Positions 9,289 through 19,079 of a DNA stretch of 64,000 nucleotides are shown here, piece by piece (the stretch's first letter is position 1; every line of letters starts with the position of its first letter). The notes below the pieces were generated by a model that did not search any database, was not told the DNA's origin, and saw only the letters and a program-made list of their open reading frames with translations. Both the position numbers and the translations under genes were made by a program. Source of the DNA: an uncultured bacterium (GTDB lineage Bacteria; Babelota; Babeliae; Babelales; Babelaceae). The stretch is taken from assembly GCA_963713855.1 (NCBI GenBank), contig OY970209.1, positions 1,024,001 through 1,088,000 on the forward strand, in the 5' to 3' direction.

Positions 9289-12200
9289 ATGTTAGTTGAG
9301 CAAAGCGTTAATAGGCGCCTATTTGCAGTCTTATTTCTTTTTCTTATATTCGGCTTAAGATTACAAGCTATTAACGAAATCAGCTATCCCTTGCCTGCTG
9401 CTTCAAAATGGCCTTTTACAGCAATTTTTTCACCAAATAATACTTACCTTGCTACCGCGAATGGCTCGGATGATGTTTCAATATTTAACGTACAACCAGG
9501 GGGAATACTCTCAAAAGGAACTTCATTTCCGCTTCCACCGGGCCCTACGCCTCCAACTGGCGGCGGTGTTATTTCTCCTAACGGTTTATATCTGGCTACT
9601 GCAAATCCCGTTTCGAATGACATAACGATGTTCAGCTTACAGGCAAGTGGAACGCCAACCATGATAGCGCCTTTTGCGGTTTTTGGAACAACACAATTAT
9701 CAGGTTTAGAACCCGGAATTTTATTAGCGTTCACGCCCGATAGCGCGTACCTTGCAGCTCTTACCATGGATAATATTAGCGGTTTATCCGGCGTTACTAT
9801 GTGCCCAGTTGCTGCAGGCGGAACGCTGAGTCAAGGAACATTTTATCCATTTCCAGTAGATTATCAAAATCCCTCTTCATTGGCCTTTTCGCCCGATGGC
9901 TCAATTCTTGCTATCGCTAATCTTGCTCCGGCAGACGTTATAATTTTTAACGTAGGTGCCAACGGGGCACTTAGTCAGGCAACCCCCTACCCGCTACCTT
10001 CCGGATCACGCTTTTCATATACCGTAGGATTTTCACCAGATGGTTCATATCTAGCTACTGCTAACTATGGTTCGAAAGATGTTACGCTTTTTACGGTATC
10101 GCCTCAAGGCACACTCAATGGCGGTACTAGCTATCCTGTACCAGCGGGTGCGGTTGCGGCAACCTTCTCTCCCGATAGCAGTTATCTTGCCGTTTCAGGC
10201 GGATACAGTGTTACCACGTTTAGCGTACAAACTAATGGAACGCTTAGTGGAGGAAATCCCTATGCCTTGCCTTTAAATATTATACAACCTCTTGGCTTGG
10301 TATTTTCACCACAGGGCGCCTATCTTGCGATGAGCAATATTAACTCGGCGGAATCATTTGTTGTAGTATTTACGGTAGGATCGGCAGGAACTTTGACCAA
10401 TGGAACAGCCTATTCGCTGCCCTTTGGCTCCATAAGCCCTATCACGGCGGGTTTCTTTTCAAATGGTTCAAACTTAGTCACTGTCAATGGCGCCTCAGAT
10501 GATATAACAGCGTTCTCGGTGCAAACGGGGGGCGTACTGAACAATGGAAAATCGTATCAGGTGTTTTCCGGGGCTACACAACCTACATCAGCAAATTTTT
10601 CGCCAGATGGTGCACTCATTGCAACAGCGAATGAATTTGCAAACACCGTTACTATGTTAAACGTTGGGTCAGGAGGAACAATAACAGGTGCTACTTCGTA
10701 TCCACTGCCTCTCGGTTCTCGCGGCCCGATTTCGGCATCTTTTTCTCCCGATAGGCTCTACCTTGCTACCCAAAATGGCGGCACTGGCGACGTCACCGTG
10801 TTTAATGTAAACCCGCAGGGGCAACTTTCGAACGGAATCTCTTATCCAGGCGGCAGCTCTTTCCCACCGGCTGAATTTTCACCAGACGGTTCATACCTTG
10901 CTGTTAATGATTTATTTTCCTTAAGGATTTTTACGGTTGGTCCGGGAGGTACTTTAACGGGAAGTACATCCTATACGCTGCCAACTGGTTTTCTCACCGC
11001 TTATACATTAGCACTTTCACCAAATGGCGGCCACCTAGCCATGGGTGGTGCCGGCGGGGTTTCCCTTTTTGACGCAAGTCCTAGCGGTACCTTGACCAAT
11101 GGTAGGTTTTATCCTGGTGGAAGCAGTTCCTCGATTGCATTTTCGCCAGACAGCTCGTATCTTGCTACCCTTGTAGGCCAAGAAATAGTCGTATTTAGCA
11201 TGGCAGCGGGGGGTAACATTACACAAATAGCTAGCTATCCAGTGCTTGGAGCTCTGTTTACAAGTACCATAGGATTTTCACCAAATGGAGACTATCTTGC
11301 GACTGCAAATACCGGTTCATCAACGGTAAGTATGTTCACGGTCAACAATGGTACACTCACTCCGAAAGCTTCGTATCCCTTACCCCAATTAACGACAAGC
11401 TCTCGTTCGCCGACTGGAATCGCTTTTTCCGAAGACCAATCATACATTGTCACATCAAACTATAATTCAAATGATGTGTCAGTCTTCATAGTTAGCCCGC
11501 AAAACAATACGCTTTTAGTGGAAGGAAAAAAGTCTTACCCTTTACCCTATAATTTAGTAACTCCTTCCCAACCTACCGCAATAGCTCTTTCTTCTAATGG
11601 CATGTATGCAGCGACAGCTAATGCCAAGACTAACGACGTTACTATCTTTTTTGTTGTTGGAGGGCAGCTTATAAAACCTGTCTCTTACCCATTGCCAGGC
11701 TCAACAAATCCAACTTCAATAAAATTCTCACCCGACAATTTGTACCTTGCAGTAGCTAATAGTGGCACCAATGATGTGGCAGTCTTTCCGTTTCAAGCAG
11801 GTGTACTTGGAAATGGTACCTCTTATTTTCTCCCTGGTGCATCAGTAGGGCCCACTGACTTAGCTTTTACTCCTGACGGCTTGTATCTTGCTACCGTTAA
11901 TGCCGTTTCGAGCGATGTTACTCAATTCAATGTAGCATCGGGCATTTTAAGCAATCCCATTTCAACAACGCTTCCTCCGGGATCAAGCACACCACAAGCT
12001 TGCTTATTTTTACCCATAGCGCCCAATCAGCTTCTTTTTGTTACAGCCAACAGTGGCTCTAATGATATTTCAACCTTTAATTTCCAAGCGGGCGCTTTGC
12101 AACAAGGACAATCGTATCCTTTACCAGCCGGTGCTCAAAAACCAGCATCAATTTCTGCCTCGCAAGATGGCGCATACCTTGCTACAGCAAATAGCGGTTC

Positions 12201-12585
12201 AAACAGTTTTACCCTTTTTGTTGTCGAATCGGGTATACCCAAAGTCAGTGCAACATACAATTTACCTGCTAATTCAACTAACTGCGTAGGAATAACATTT
12301 GCTCCTCAAAACGTAACTAATGCAGGCCAGTATATCGTAACTACAGCAAACTTAGATTCAAATGATATAACGGTGGGCGCCATATTTGGTACCAATGGTC
12401 AAGGTGATGGAGGATCGAACAATGACCTCACCATTATTCTTGCAACTACATTATCGACAGGTATTGTGGGAGGTGCTGCCGCACTTGCTGCAGCAGCGGT
12501 GGCTGCGTTATTAGTCTATAAGTATATCTACAGACCTCGTGCCGCACTTGGTAGTGTCAATTTTGGGCCGGATGAAGGTCTCTAA
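9289..12585 (+). CDS. Large beta-propeller repeat surface protein (21 repeats), signal peptide and C-terminal TM anchor; paralogue 1
   Basis: Repeats of about 47 aa, SYPLP.G...P....FSPDG.YLATAN..SNDV..F; hydrophobic tail followed by YKYIYRPR. Confidence 0.88.
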   Translation: MLVEQSVNRRLFAVLFLFLIFGLRLQAINEISYPLPAASKWPFTAIFSPNNTYLATANGSDDVSIFNVQPGGILSKGTSFPLPPGPTPPTGGGVISPNGLYLATANPVSNDITMFSLQASGTPTMIAPFAVFGTTQLSGLEPGILLAFTPDSAYLAALTMDNISGLSGVTMCPVAAGGTLSQGTFYPFPVDYQNPSSLAFSPDGSILAIANLAPADVIIFNVGANGALSQATPYPLPSGSRFSYTVGFSPDGSYLATANYGSKDVTLFTVSPQGTLNGGTSYPVPAGAVAATFSPDSSYLAVSGGYSVTTFSVQTNGTLSGGNPYALPLNIIQPLGLVFSPQGAYLAMSNINSAESFVVVFTVGSAGTLTNGTAYSLPFGSISPITAGFFSNGSNLVTVNGASDDITAFSVQTGGVLNNGKSYQVFSGATQPTSANFSPDGALIATANEFANTVTMLNVGSGGTITGATSYPLPLGSRGPISASFSPDRLYLATQNGGTGDVTVFNVNPQGQLSNGISYPGGSSFPPAEFSPDGSYLAVNDLFSLRIFTVGPGGTLTGSTSYTLPTGFLTAYTLALSPNGGHLAMGGAGGVSLFDASPSGTLTNGRFYPGGSSSSIAFSPDSSYLATLVGQEIVVFSMAAGGNITQIASYPVLGALFTSTIGFSPNGDYLATANTGSSTVSMFTVNNGTLTPKASYPLPQLTTSSRSPTGIAFSEDQSYIVTSNYNSNDVSVFIVSPQNNTLLVEGKKSYPLPYNLVTPSQPTAIALSSNGMYAATANAKTNDVTIFFVVGGQLIKPVSYPLPGSTNPTSIKFSPDNLYLAVANSGTNDVAVFPFQAGVLGNGTSYFLPGASVGPTDLAFTPDGLYLATVNAVSSDVTQFNVASGILSNPISTTLPPGSSTPQACLFLPIAPNQLLFVTANSGSNDISTFNFQAGALQQGQSYPLPAGAQKPASISASQDGAYLATANSGSNSFTLFVVESGIPKVSATYNLPANSTNCVGITFAPQNVTNAGQYIVTTANLDSNDITVGAIFGTNGQGDGGSNNDLTIILATTLSTGIVGGAAALAAAAVAALLVYKYIYRPRAALGSVNFGPDEGL

Positions 12586-12619
12586 AAAAACAGTCCAAAA
12601 AATGATTAACGAGATATCT

Positions 12620-13258
12620 ATGACTAAGAAATTATTTTGGCAAAATCCTTATCAGACAAAGCTGGATACAACGGTAACCAGCGTAAAGGGTAATGATATC
12701 ACCGTGCGGGAAACGATCCTTTTTGCTTTTTCGGGGGCTCAAGAAAGCGATTTTGGTAGCATCGGTGATAAACGTGTACTCCAAGCACGTAAAGAAAATA
12801 AAGATATCATCTATACGCTAGAGGACGGTCACGCACTAAATTACGGTGATAAAGTACTGATGATCATTGATTGGCAAAGGCGTTATAGCTTGATGCGCTT
12901 ACATTTTGCGGCCGAGCTCGTTTTAGTTCTTATTTTAAAACACCTGCAAGGCATTGAAAAAATTGGAGCACATATTTCTCAGGAAAAAGCACGCATTGAC
13001 TTTAAGTGGCCTTCTAATATTTCTGACGTATTTTCTGTCGTCAAAAAGGAGGCTCAAGCTATTATTGACGCCGATTATACTATCATAAGCGCTTTTGATG
13101 ATGAAGAAAATGAACGACGTTATTGGGAAATTGAAGGTGTTGCTCGTGTGCCTTGCGGAGGAACACATCCGAAAAAAACAACTGAGGTTGGCCAAATCGC
13201 CTTAAGGCGAGACAATAGGGGAAAGGGCCAAGAGAGGGTCGTTATCACGATCAGCTGA
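12620..13258 (+). CDS. alaX: Alanyl-tRNA editing protein AlaX (free-standing)
   Basis: LFWQNPY, QESD.G, IDWQRRYSLMRLH, ARIDF, PCGGTH. Confidence 0.85.
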   Translation: MTKKLFWQNPYQTKLDTTVTSVKGNDITVRETILFAFSGAQESDFGSIGDKRVLQARKENKDIIYTLEDGHALNYGDKVLMIIDWQRRYSLMRLHFAAELVLVLILKHLQGIEKIGAHISQEKARIDFKWPSNISDVFSVVKKEAQAIIDADYTIISAFDDEENERRYWEIEGVARVPCGGTHPKKTTEVGQIALRRDNRGKGQERVVITIS

Positions 13259-13447
13259 TACCGGATTAGTTATTGAGCAAATGGATAGGCACAGGTATTG
13301 TGGTAGACAGCGTATAACATGTGTTCGCGGTGCCGACTTGTTAAATTGTCAAGTTATATTATTGAAAAAATGAAGTATTTTTTGACATACTATAATTAGA
13401 GTCGGCCTTTTTGCAGCTTAAGAGATTGAAAAAAAGGGAAATGCCTC

Positions 13448-13825
13448 ATGATGAGAAAGATTAGCTTTACTTTATGTGTGACGCTTGCGTTGGTATTCTA
13501 TTACCCACTATTAGCTACATCTTATAGTATCACCAATAAAGGATCAGTACCGGTAAGAGTTTCGCTACATATGTACGAATTGTTGGTTTGTCCCAAAGCC
13601 TTGGCTACCAGGATCGAGCCTGGGAAAACGGTAAAACTTGATGCTGAAAGTTATATAGAAAATTGGACAGCTGGAGAGTGCTACGCTAACCGGATAAAGA
13701 TTTGGAAAGATCGATCGTCCGCTGTGCTATTTGATTCAGCTGACCTACACGGCCTTTCACGTCTATCTAGCAAGATAGAGCTTTTTCAAGATAGCAAGGG
13801 TGCTTGGTCGGTTTCTGATAACTAG
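13448..13825 (+). CDS. Secreted hypothetical protein (predicted beta-rich)
   Basis: Signal peptide ending LLA; RBS aaggga; TATAAT at 13391. Confidence 0.7.
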   Translation: MMRKISFTLCVTLALVFYYPLLATSYSITNKGSVPVRVSLHMYELLVCPKALATRIEPGKTVKLDAESYIENWTAGECYANRIKIWKDRSSAVLFDSADLHGLSRLSSKIELFQDSKGAWSVSDN

Positions 13826-13846
13826 CTAGGGGTCTTTCAAGAAGCC

Positions 13847-13885
13847 TCTAGGTTGTTTTGAGCTTTTCTTCTAAAACAACCTAGA
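13847..13885. terminator. Probable bidirectional terminator
   Basis: Perfect 13-bp inverted repeat tctaggttgtttt/aaaacaacctaga between convergent genes. Confidence 0.65.
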
Positions 13886-13911
13886 AGTTTGAGTTCACAT
13901 TTAGAAAGTGT

Positions 13912-14688
13912 CTAATCTTGTTTTACTCTAGTCTTCGCGCGACAATATTTTATGAGAGGTCCCGCTACAATCACTGTTGCTGCTACTACCGCTCCAACAG
14001 TCCAAGCAGCTCTATGATAGAACCTGCTATCTACGAAAATGGCTTCATTTTTATCGGTGGACTTACTTGTTTGATGAGCGGTTCCGGCCATAAGCATCCC
14101 GTTGTGTACTGGGAAGATTATAATTATGTCGGAATCTTGGCTGTGAGCAACAAAAAGATATTTTCCGTCAGGAGAAAACGCCAACCAACCAGGTATCTCG
14201 TCGAACCCAAGAGGTAACGCGTACGAAGTGCGGTCACTAAGTCCGCCGTCCTGAGAAACTTGGAATACAGTTATATTACCCCCTGTGCCAATAGCACGTG
14301 TCCAAAGATCACCATCCGGCAAATAGACAAACGTTCTGGCATTAGCACATGCGAGGAGCTTACCATCCGGCGAATAGGCAAGCGCGTGAGGATCACTCGA
14401 GACGTCAGGCAAGTCAAATGTGGCTGATTTTTTCGCACCATCATAAGTTATAGTTATAGCATCTGGCTTTGATTCAGAAATAAGTGCTAGATATATTCTA
14501 TCGGGTGAAGTAACCGCCGTTAAGTCAGTAGCTTGATTTTGAGCCATGCGAGCAATCGGTAGCAGCTCCTCGTATAAAGCATCTGATTCATCCGCTGATG
14601 CGGAACTTTTGTGAGATACGCCCAAAATGTTTGAACTTGCCGTAAGAGTCATCAAAAGTAGAGCTGCTATTTTATTATTATTTATCAT
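13912..14688 (-). CDS. Short beta-propeller (about 3 blades) membrane-anchored protein, copy A
   Basis: Signal peptide; TSPD, YSPDGKLLACAN, FSPDGKYLFVAH; TM then YCRAKTRVKQD. Confidence 0.8.
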   Translation of the reverse strand: MINNNKIAALLLMTLTASSNILGVSHKSSASADESDALYEELLPIARMAQNQATDLTAVTSPDRIYLALISESKPDAITITYDGAKKSATFDLPDVSSDPHALAYSPDGKLLACANARTFVYLPDGDLWTRAIGTGGNITVFQVSQDGGLSDRTSYALPLGFDEIPGWLAFSPDGKYLFVAHSQDSDIIIIFPVHNGMLMAGTAHQTSKSTDKNEAIFVDSRFYHRAAWTVGAVVAATVIVAGPLIKYCRAKTRVKQD

Positions 14689-14875
14689 TAAATCCCTCAT
14701 GATCGTATAATATACTCCGTCAAATACTATACTAATTTTATTTATTATAGAGCCCTGAGATACGATTGAACTTCGAGAAGTCTCTAGTTTGTTTTAGAAG
14801 AAAAGCAAAGGACTTTTTTTATGCTGGACCTTCAAGCTCACAACAAGAGCATGCGTTCTCATTTATAGAAAGTGT

Positions 14876-15676
14876 CTAATCTTGTTTTACTCTAGTCTTC
14901 GAGCGACAATAGAGCATGACGGGTCCCGCTACAACGAGCGATGCAACTACTACCGCCGCGATATCCCATGCAGGCGATCTGTGATAGAGCTTACTGTAGA
15001 TCGTGGCTTCATGTTTATCGTCAAGGTATGTTGGAAGAGCGGATCCTAGTTGCAGAAGAATGCTTTTATATACGGAGAACATTATAACTTCATCGGAATC
15101 TTTGCTGTGAGCAACAAAAAGATATTTTCCATCGGGAGAGTAAGCCAAGAAACCGGGCATCAGGTCAAATTCACTAGGCAACGCGAAGGAAGTACCTGAG
15201 CCAAGAACGCCATCTTCCTCAATTATGAATACAGTGACATGACCTGTTCCATTAGCACATGCAAGATATTTACCATCAGGCGAATAGGCAAGTGCGAGAG
15301 GATTACCGGAGCCGTAAGGCAAAGGAAAGGAGGCGGATTTTTTCCCGCCGCACACTATACCACCTTTTTCATCGCATGACGAAAATACTAGTTTGCCCAA
15401 TTCTGACTTTGGTTCGCCCGAAAGAATGGTTACCGTTATCGCATCAGGCTCTGATTCGGAGATACGTGCTCGGTATTTCCCATCGGGTGAAGTAATTGTT
15501 CTTAAGTCAGTTGCTCGATTTTGAGCCGTGCGAGCAATTGGTAGCAGCTGCTCGTATAGAGCATCATTTGTTGATGGGAAAGACGATGACCCAGGGGCTC
15601 TTTGTACGCACAAAATGTTTGAATTTGCCGTAAGAGCTATCAAAAGTAAAGCTGCTATTTTATTATTCTTTATCAT
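14876..15676 (-). CDS. Short beta-propeller (about 3 blades) membrane-anchored protein, copy B
   Basis: Clear paralogue of copy A (DALYE.LLPIAR.AQN.ATDL; YCRSKTRVKQD). Confidence 0.8.
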   Translation of the reverse strand: MIKNNKIAALLLIALTANSNILCVQRAPGSSSFPSTNDALYEQLLPIARTAQNRATDLRTITSPDGKYRARISESEPDAITVTILSGEPKSELGKLVFSSCDEKGGIVCGGKKSASFPLPYGSGNPLALAYSPDGKYLACANGTGHVTVFIIEEDGVLGSGTSFALPSEFDLMPGFLAYSPDGKYLFVAHSKDSDEVIMFSVYKSILLQLGSALPTYLDDKHEATIYSKLYHRSPAWDIAAVVVASLVVAGPVMLYCRSKTRVKQD

Positions 15677-15902
15677 AAATCCCTCTGATTGGTATAACAT
15701 ATTTCATTAAATACTATACTAATTTAAATTATAATAAAGCTCTGAGATAAATTTCTTGTTGATGATGCATGGACGCATTGGTTGCGTTTGAGTGATTCTT
15801 CAAACGCGTGATGATTTATGATTCAACTGCTTTGTTACCGATAGAAAAAAGAATATGGCACGGCATTAGAAGCTTGTGCATGATGGCGTGCGCATATCAG
15901 AG

Positions 15903-17831
15903 TTAGCTTTTCTTTTGATGTTTGGCGTACTCGTTAAGGAGTTTTTTTATTTCGTTGAGAGTGCCCCATTTTTTAGCGTGCTCAACCGGTGTATCTCCAA
16001 ATTCGTCCGGATAGTAAACATCTGCACCTTTTTTAAGAAGAACTTCGATGATTGGGATATTTACGCTGCTCATAGCTTCAAGTAAAGGAGTTGAGCCGTC
16101 AGACAATTGTATATTAACGTTGGGCATTTTGTTGATAAAAAATTCCGCTAAATCTGATCTTCCATCTGGATGTGCCAAAGCCCAGAGTAATGCTGCTCCC
16201 ATCAGGCGCTCATTATGAAGCGTGTAACCCCTATAAAATCTGACGATTTCTCGTATTTCTTCATTATCTCTCGATTTGGCAACTTCTAAAGCGGTATGCC
16301 CATATTCATTTTTAGCGTCAAAGTTAATACCACCTTCGTCTAAGACTTTTAATACAGTGGCAGTGTCATCAGAAGCAATCGCTTTAAAAAGTTTCTTATC
16401 GTTGGTGCTTAATTGGGATTTAGAAAGCGCTTTTTCGCGTTCATCTAATGCTTGACCAATGAGCCGAGAAAGCTCTTTTTTATATTGTAAAGCCTCTTTT
16501 AAAGGTATTGTATTATAACGGTATATCTTTACTCCCGATTCTGGGTTAAGTAAAAAATCGTTCGTAATTAACAATCGGCCTTGCATGCGGTCCATATCAT
16601 AGGCTGATATGTCCTCAGGGTGATTACGAAAGAGTGCAAGATACGTTTGAGCATCAATTGTTTTTAGATCAAGTACATCAGTTTTTCCATCTTTACGTAT
16701 AACTACTGGTTTTAGTGGTATAGCCGCATGGTGAATCATTGGCATGCTTAAAAGTCGACCATATGCTTGTGAAAGGTAAACGTAGGTATTTATTACGTCT
16801 TTTGGAATGAAAATTTGTAGCAGATTGCCTTCCTGAGGCTCATATTTTTTAAAAAGGTTTTTGAATTTTTCAATAAAAGCACGGTCAAGTTCAAATGAGT
16901 CAAAGATGAGCTCAAAAAGTCTTTCAGGTGGAAGTATGCTTCTGTCAAATAATAATGCGCTAAAAGAGCTTTCGCCCGTTGTCACGCTAGCGTTGCCAAA
17001 TAATGAGAGATTAACCGACAATAACATTTTTTTCACTTCCGGATCGTGGTCCCACTCAAAGCCTTTTTTTACTATTTCAGCTAACTTTTTGTTGTATGTC
17101 GCAGGTCCAGGAACGCGAAGGTATTCAAAAGCGGTGTGCTCTTTCTTGAGAGTTTGTTTTATGAGCTCTTTAAGAATGTCGTAAAAGAGAATGAATTTCT
17201 TGTTTTGAGCATGATAGAGGACATAGTAATCTCGATGAATGCGCTCTTGGTTTAATGTACGAGCGAGAAGCTCATTCAGTTTTCCCGAATTTTCTCGTAA
17301 AGGTGAAGAATCCTCGGTAAATGCTTCGCTTTCTAGAAGTGTTTTTTTAAGTTCAGGTTTTGTTAAATAGGCTTCAGTTTGCGTGAATGGCAAAGTTTTG
17401 TCTTTGGCAGCAAATTCAAAAAACTCTTGGATGCTTCTCGTGCCAATTGGTACTGATTCTTTGCCTTCGGCTATTGGGATTATGTAAAAGTTGGGACTAA
17501 CAAGCTTAAATTTGGTTGAAAGATCAGCCATGAGGCTTTTGGCCTCGTCCAGCAGAGCTGTTTTAATTGGATATCTTTCAATATATATATTTGTAAGCAC
17601 ATCCAAGCTATTATAAAGACGACCTGCGCGTTGTTTGTTTGAGGCGTTGGCAGTTTTTAAGAGAAGCCTCCCACTTTCATCGATTAGTGACGTGAGTTTT
17701 TGAGTAAATTGATCTTCATTTGCTATCGCTAAATCCATGCTTGCAATTTCTGAAGCTAATGGCCGCACCGGTTGGCAATAAGCGCTTTGTATAGCCATCA
17801 CACTTACTAAAAATAGGATGTATTTTTTCAT
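15903..17831 (-). CDS. Secreted protein with an unidentified central domain and C-terminal ankyrin repeats
   Basis: Signal peptide; G(H/S/D)T(A/P)L/V ankyrin repeats (NEYGHTALEVA, DGSTPLLEA, EFGDTPVEHA). Confidence 0.8.
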   Translation of the reverse strand: MKKYILFLVSVMAIQSAYCQPVRPLASEIASMDLAIANEDQFTQKLTSLIDESGRLLLKTANASNKQRAGRLYNSLDVLTNIYIERYPIKTALLDEAKSLMADLSTKFKLVSPNFYIIPIAEGKESVPIGTRSIQEFFEFAAKDKTLPFTQTEAYLTKPELKKTLLESEAFTEDSSPLRENSGKLNELLARTLNQERIHRDYYVLYHAQNKKFILFYDILKELIKQTLKKEHTAFEYLRVPGPATYNKKLAEIVKKGFEWDHDPEVKKMLLSVNLSLFGNASVTTGESSFSALLFDRSILPPERLFELIFDSFELDRAFIEKFKNLFKKYEPQEGNLLQIFIPKDVINTYVYLSQAYGRLLSMPMIHHAAIPLKPVVIRKDGKTDVLDLKTIDAQTYLALFRNHPEDISAYDMDRMQGRLLITNDFLLNPESGVKIYRYNTIPLKEALQYKKELSRLIGQALDEREKALSKSQLSTNDKKLFKAIASDDTATVLKVLDEGGINFDAKNEYGHTALEVAKSRDNEEIREIVRFYRGYTLHNERLMGAALLWALAHPDGRSDLAEFFINKMPNVNIQLSDGSTPLLEAMSSVNIPIIEVLLKKGADVYYPDEFGDTPVEHAKKWGTLNEIKKLLNEYAKHQKKS

Positions 17832-18095
17832 ACTAAAGCCCTTGTGTTTTGATTCCCTTATTTTAAGGTATTTCCTATTTGGAAATCAATGATTTGAAGC
17901 TAGTCTTTTTATTTTTGAGGCTTTGCTTTAGGACCTTGGATGTGCAACAAAGTAAACTCTACGCGCCGCGGCTGCGGAAGGACCTGAACAGAATAAGAAG
18001 ATTACAGCGACGAAATGAAACATTTTACGACCTAAAGCGCAAAATGACTACTTTGGTGCTAGGATTATTGTATATTTTCCAAAGAGGTATCTTAT

Positions 18096-18314
18096 ATGGC
18101 TACGGCTGTAAGATTATCAGAAGAGATCATTTCTGAAGCAAAAGTTATGTCTAAAGTGCTTAATAGGTCGGTAGCAGGGCAAATCGAGTATTGGGCTAGA
18201 GTAGGAAAACTAGCCGAAGAAAACCCAGATTTAACATATGAATTTATTAAAGATATTCTTATAGCTCAGCAAGAAGAAGAGATGGGTAGGATTGAACCTT
18301 ACATATTTGGTTAG
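18096..18314 (+). CDS. ParD-like antitoxin (type II TA)
   Basis: MATAVRLSEE...RSVAGQIEYWARVGKLAEENPDLTYEFIKDIL is the typical ParD-like family pattern. Confidence 0.85.
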   Translation: MATAVRLSEEIISEAKVMSKVLNRSVAGQIEYWARVGKLAEENPDLTYEFIKDILIAQQEEEMGRIEPYIFG

Positions 18315-18322
18315 AGCTTGTA

Positions 18323-18418
18323 ATGAACGTTATACAAACTTTATCCTTTGCTAAAAAAGTAAAGAAGCTAAATAACTTACTTACGATCCTGACCTTAAGA
18401 TACTTCATGGAGAATTAA
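18323..18418 (+). pseudogene. N-terminal remnant of a RelE/ParE toxin
   Basis: MNVIQTLSFAKKVKKL directly after the antitoxin resembles RelE/ParE N-termini; similarity ends at about 18372 and a stop follows at 18416-18418. Confidence 0.6.
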
Positions 18419-18660
18419 TAGGTATTAAGGACGTAATAACGTTTGAGGGAACAAGCGTAGAAGGTGTAGAGCTAGCTTTTCGTGATTCTGTTGATGACTA
18501 CCTTGAATGGTGTCAGAAGCTCGGTCAAAGACCTGAAAAAACATTTACAGGCAACTTACGCGTTAGAATAACTCCCGAACTTCACGCGCGTCTTTCACAA
18601 GAGGCCGCCGAAATTGGCATAGGCCTTAATTCGCTCATTTCTGAGAAATTGAAACATTAG
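18376..18660 (+). pseudogene. hicB: HicB family antitoxin lacking its start (absent from the ORF track)
   Basis: Hand translation LTYDPDLKILHGELIGIKDVITFEGTSVEGVELAFRDSVDDYLEWCQKLGQRPEKTFTGNLRVRITPELHARL...GLNSLISEKLKH*; in-frame TAA at 18373-18375 and no start codon. Confidence 0.8.
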
Positions 18661-18676
18661 CCCTTTTACTTTTGGT

Positions 18677-18817
18677 CTATTTATTTTTCTCCCAGCCTCT
18701 TCCCATATTGGTCAAAAGTGTTAGAAAAGTGCCTATACACACAAGAAATAACCCTATCATAAGCAAAAAAAGGCCTAGCCCAATAGGTGATGACCAGCTT
18801 AATGTTAAAACATCCAT
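18677..18817 (-). CDS. 46-aa single-TM small protein (below the ORF-track cutoff)
   Basis: RBS agaggag; MDVLTLSWSSPIGLGLFLLMIGLFLVCIGTFLTLLTNMGRGWEKNK*. Confidence 0.65.
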   Translation of the reverse strand: MDVLTLSWSSPIGLGLFLLMIGLFLVCIGTFLTLLTNMGRGWEKNK

Positions 18818-19079
18818 TATAAAAACTCCTCTTTAGCAGATAAAAGATGTCATTTGAAGGTTCAATTGTACGTTCATTACAATTCTACAGATCTGTGAAA
18901 ATTATATCTTTAAAGATATAAAAAATCTGCAAATTTATGCTTTACGTGAAATAAAACGTAGTTAGCATTTAGCACGGTTAACCTGCCACGTTGAGAAGAT
19001 ACAGTGAGTATTGTTATCTGTCCCAGGGTGTTCTTGCGCTAGGTATCTCAGATAAGGTACTGTGGAGTAAGGGGGAATA

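Larger units (their letters stand above)
13835..15750. repeat. Tandem duplication of about 0.93-0.98 kb (gene plus flanks)
   Basis: Both units share agaaagtgtctaatcttgttttactctagtcttcg at the gene end and aaatactatactaattt...ctgagata upstream; the terminator arm at 13835-13859 recurs at about 14771-14795. Confidence 0.85.

Noticed and set aside
17879..18136. 85-aa ORF upstream of the antitoxin
   Set aside because: TTG start without an RBS, out-of-frame overlap with the antitoxin, and no recognisable motif.
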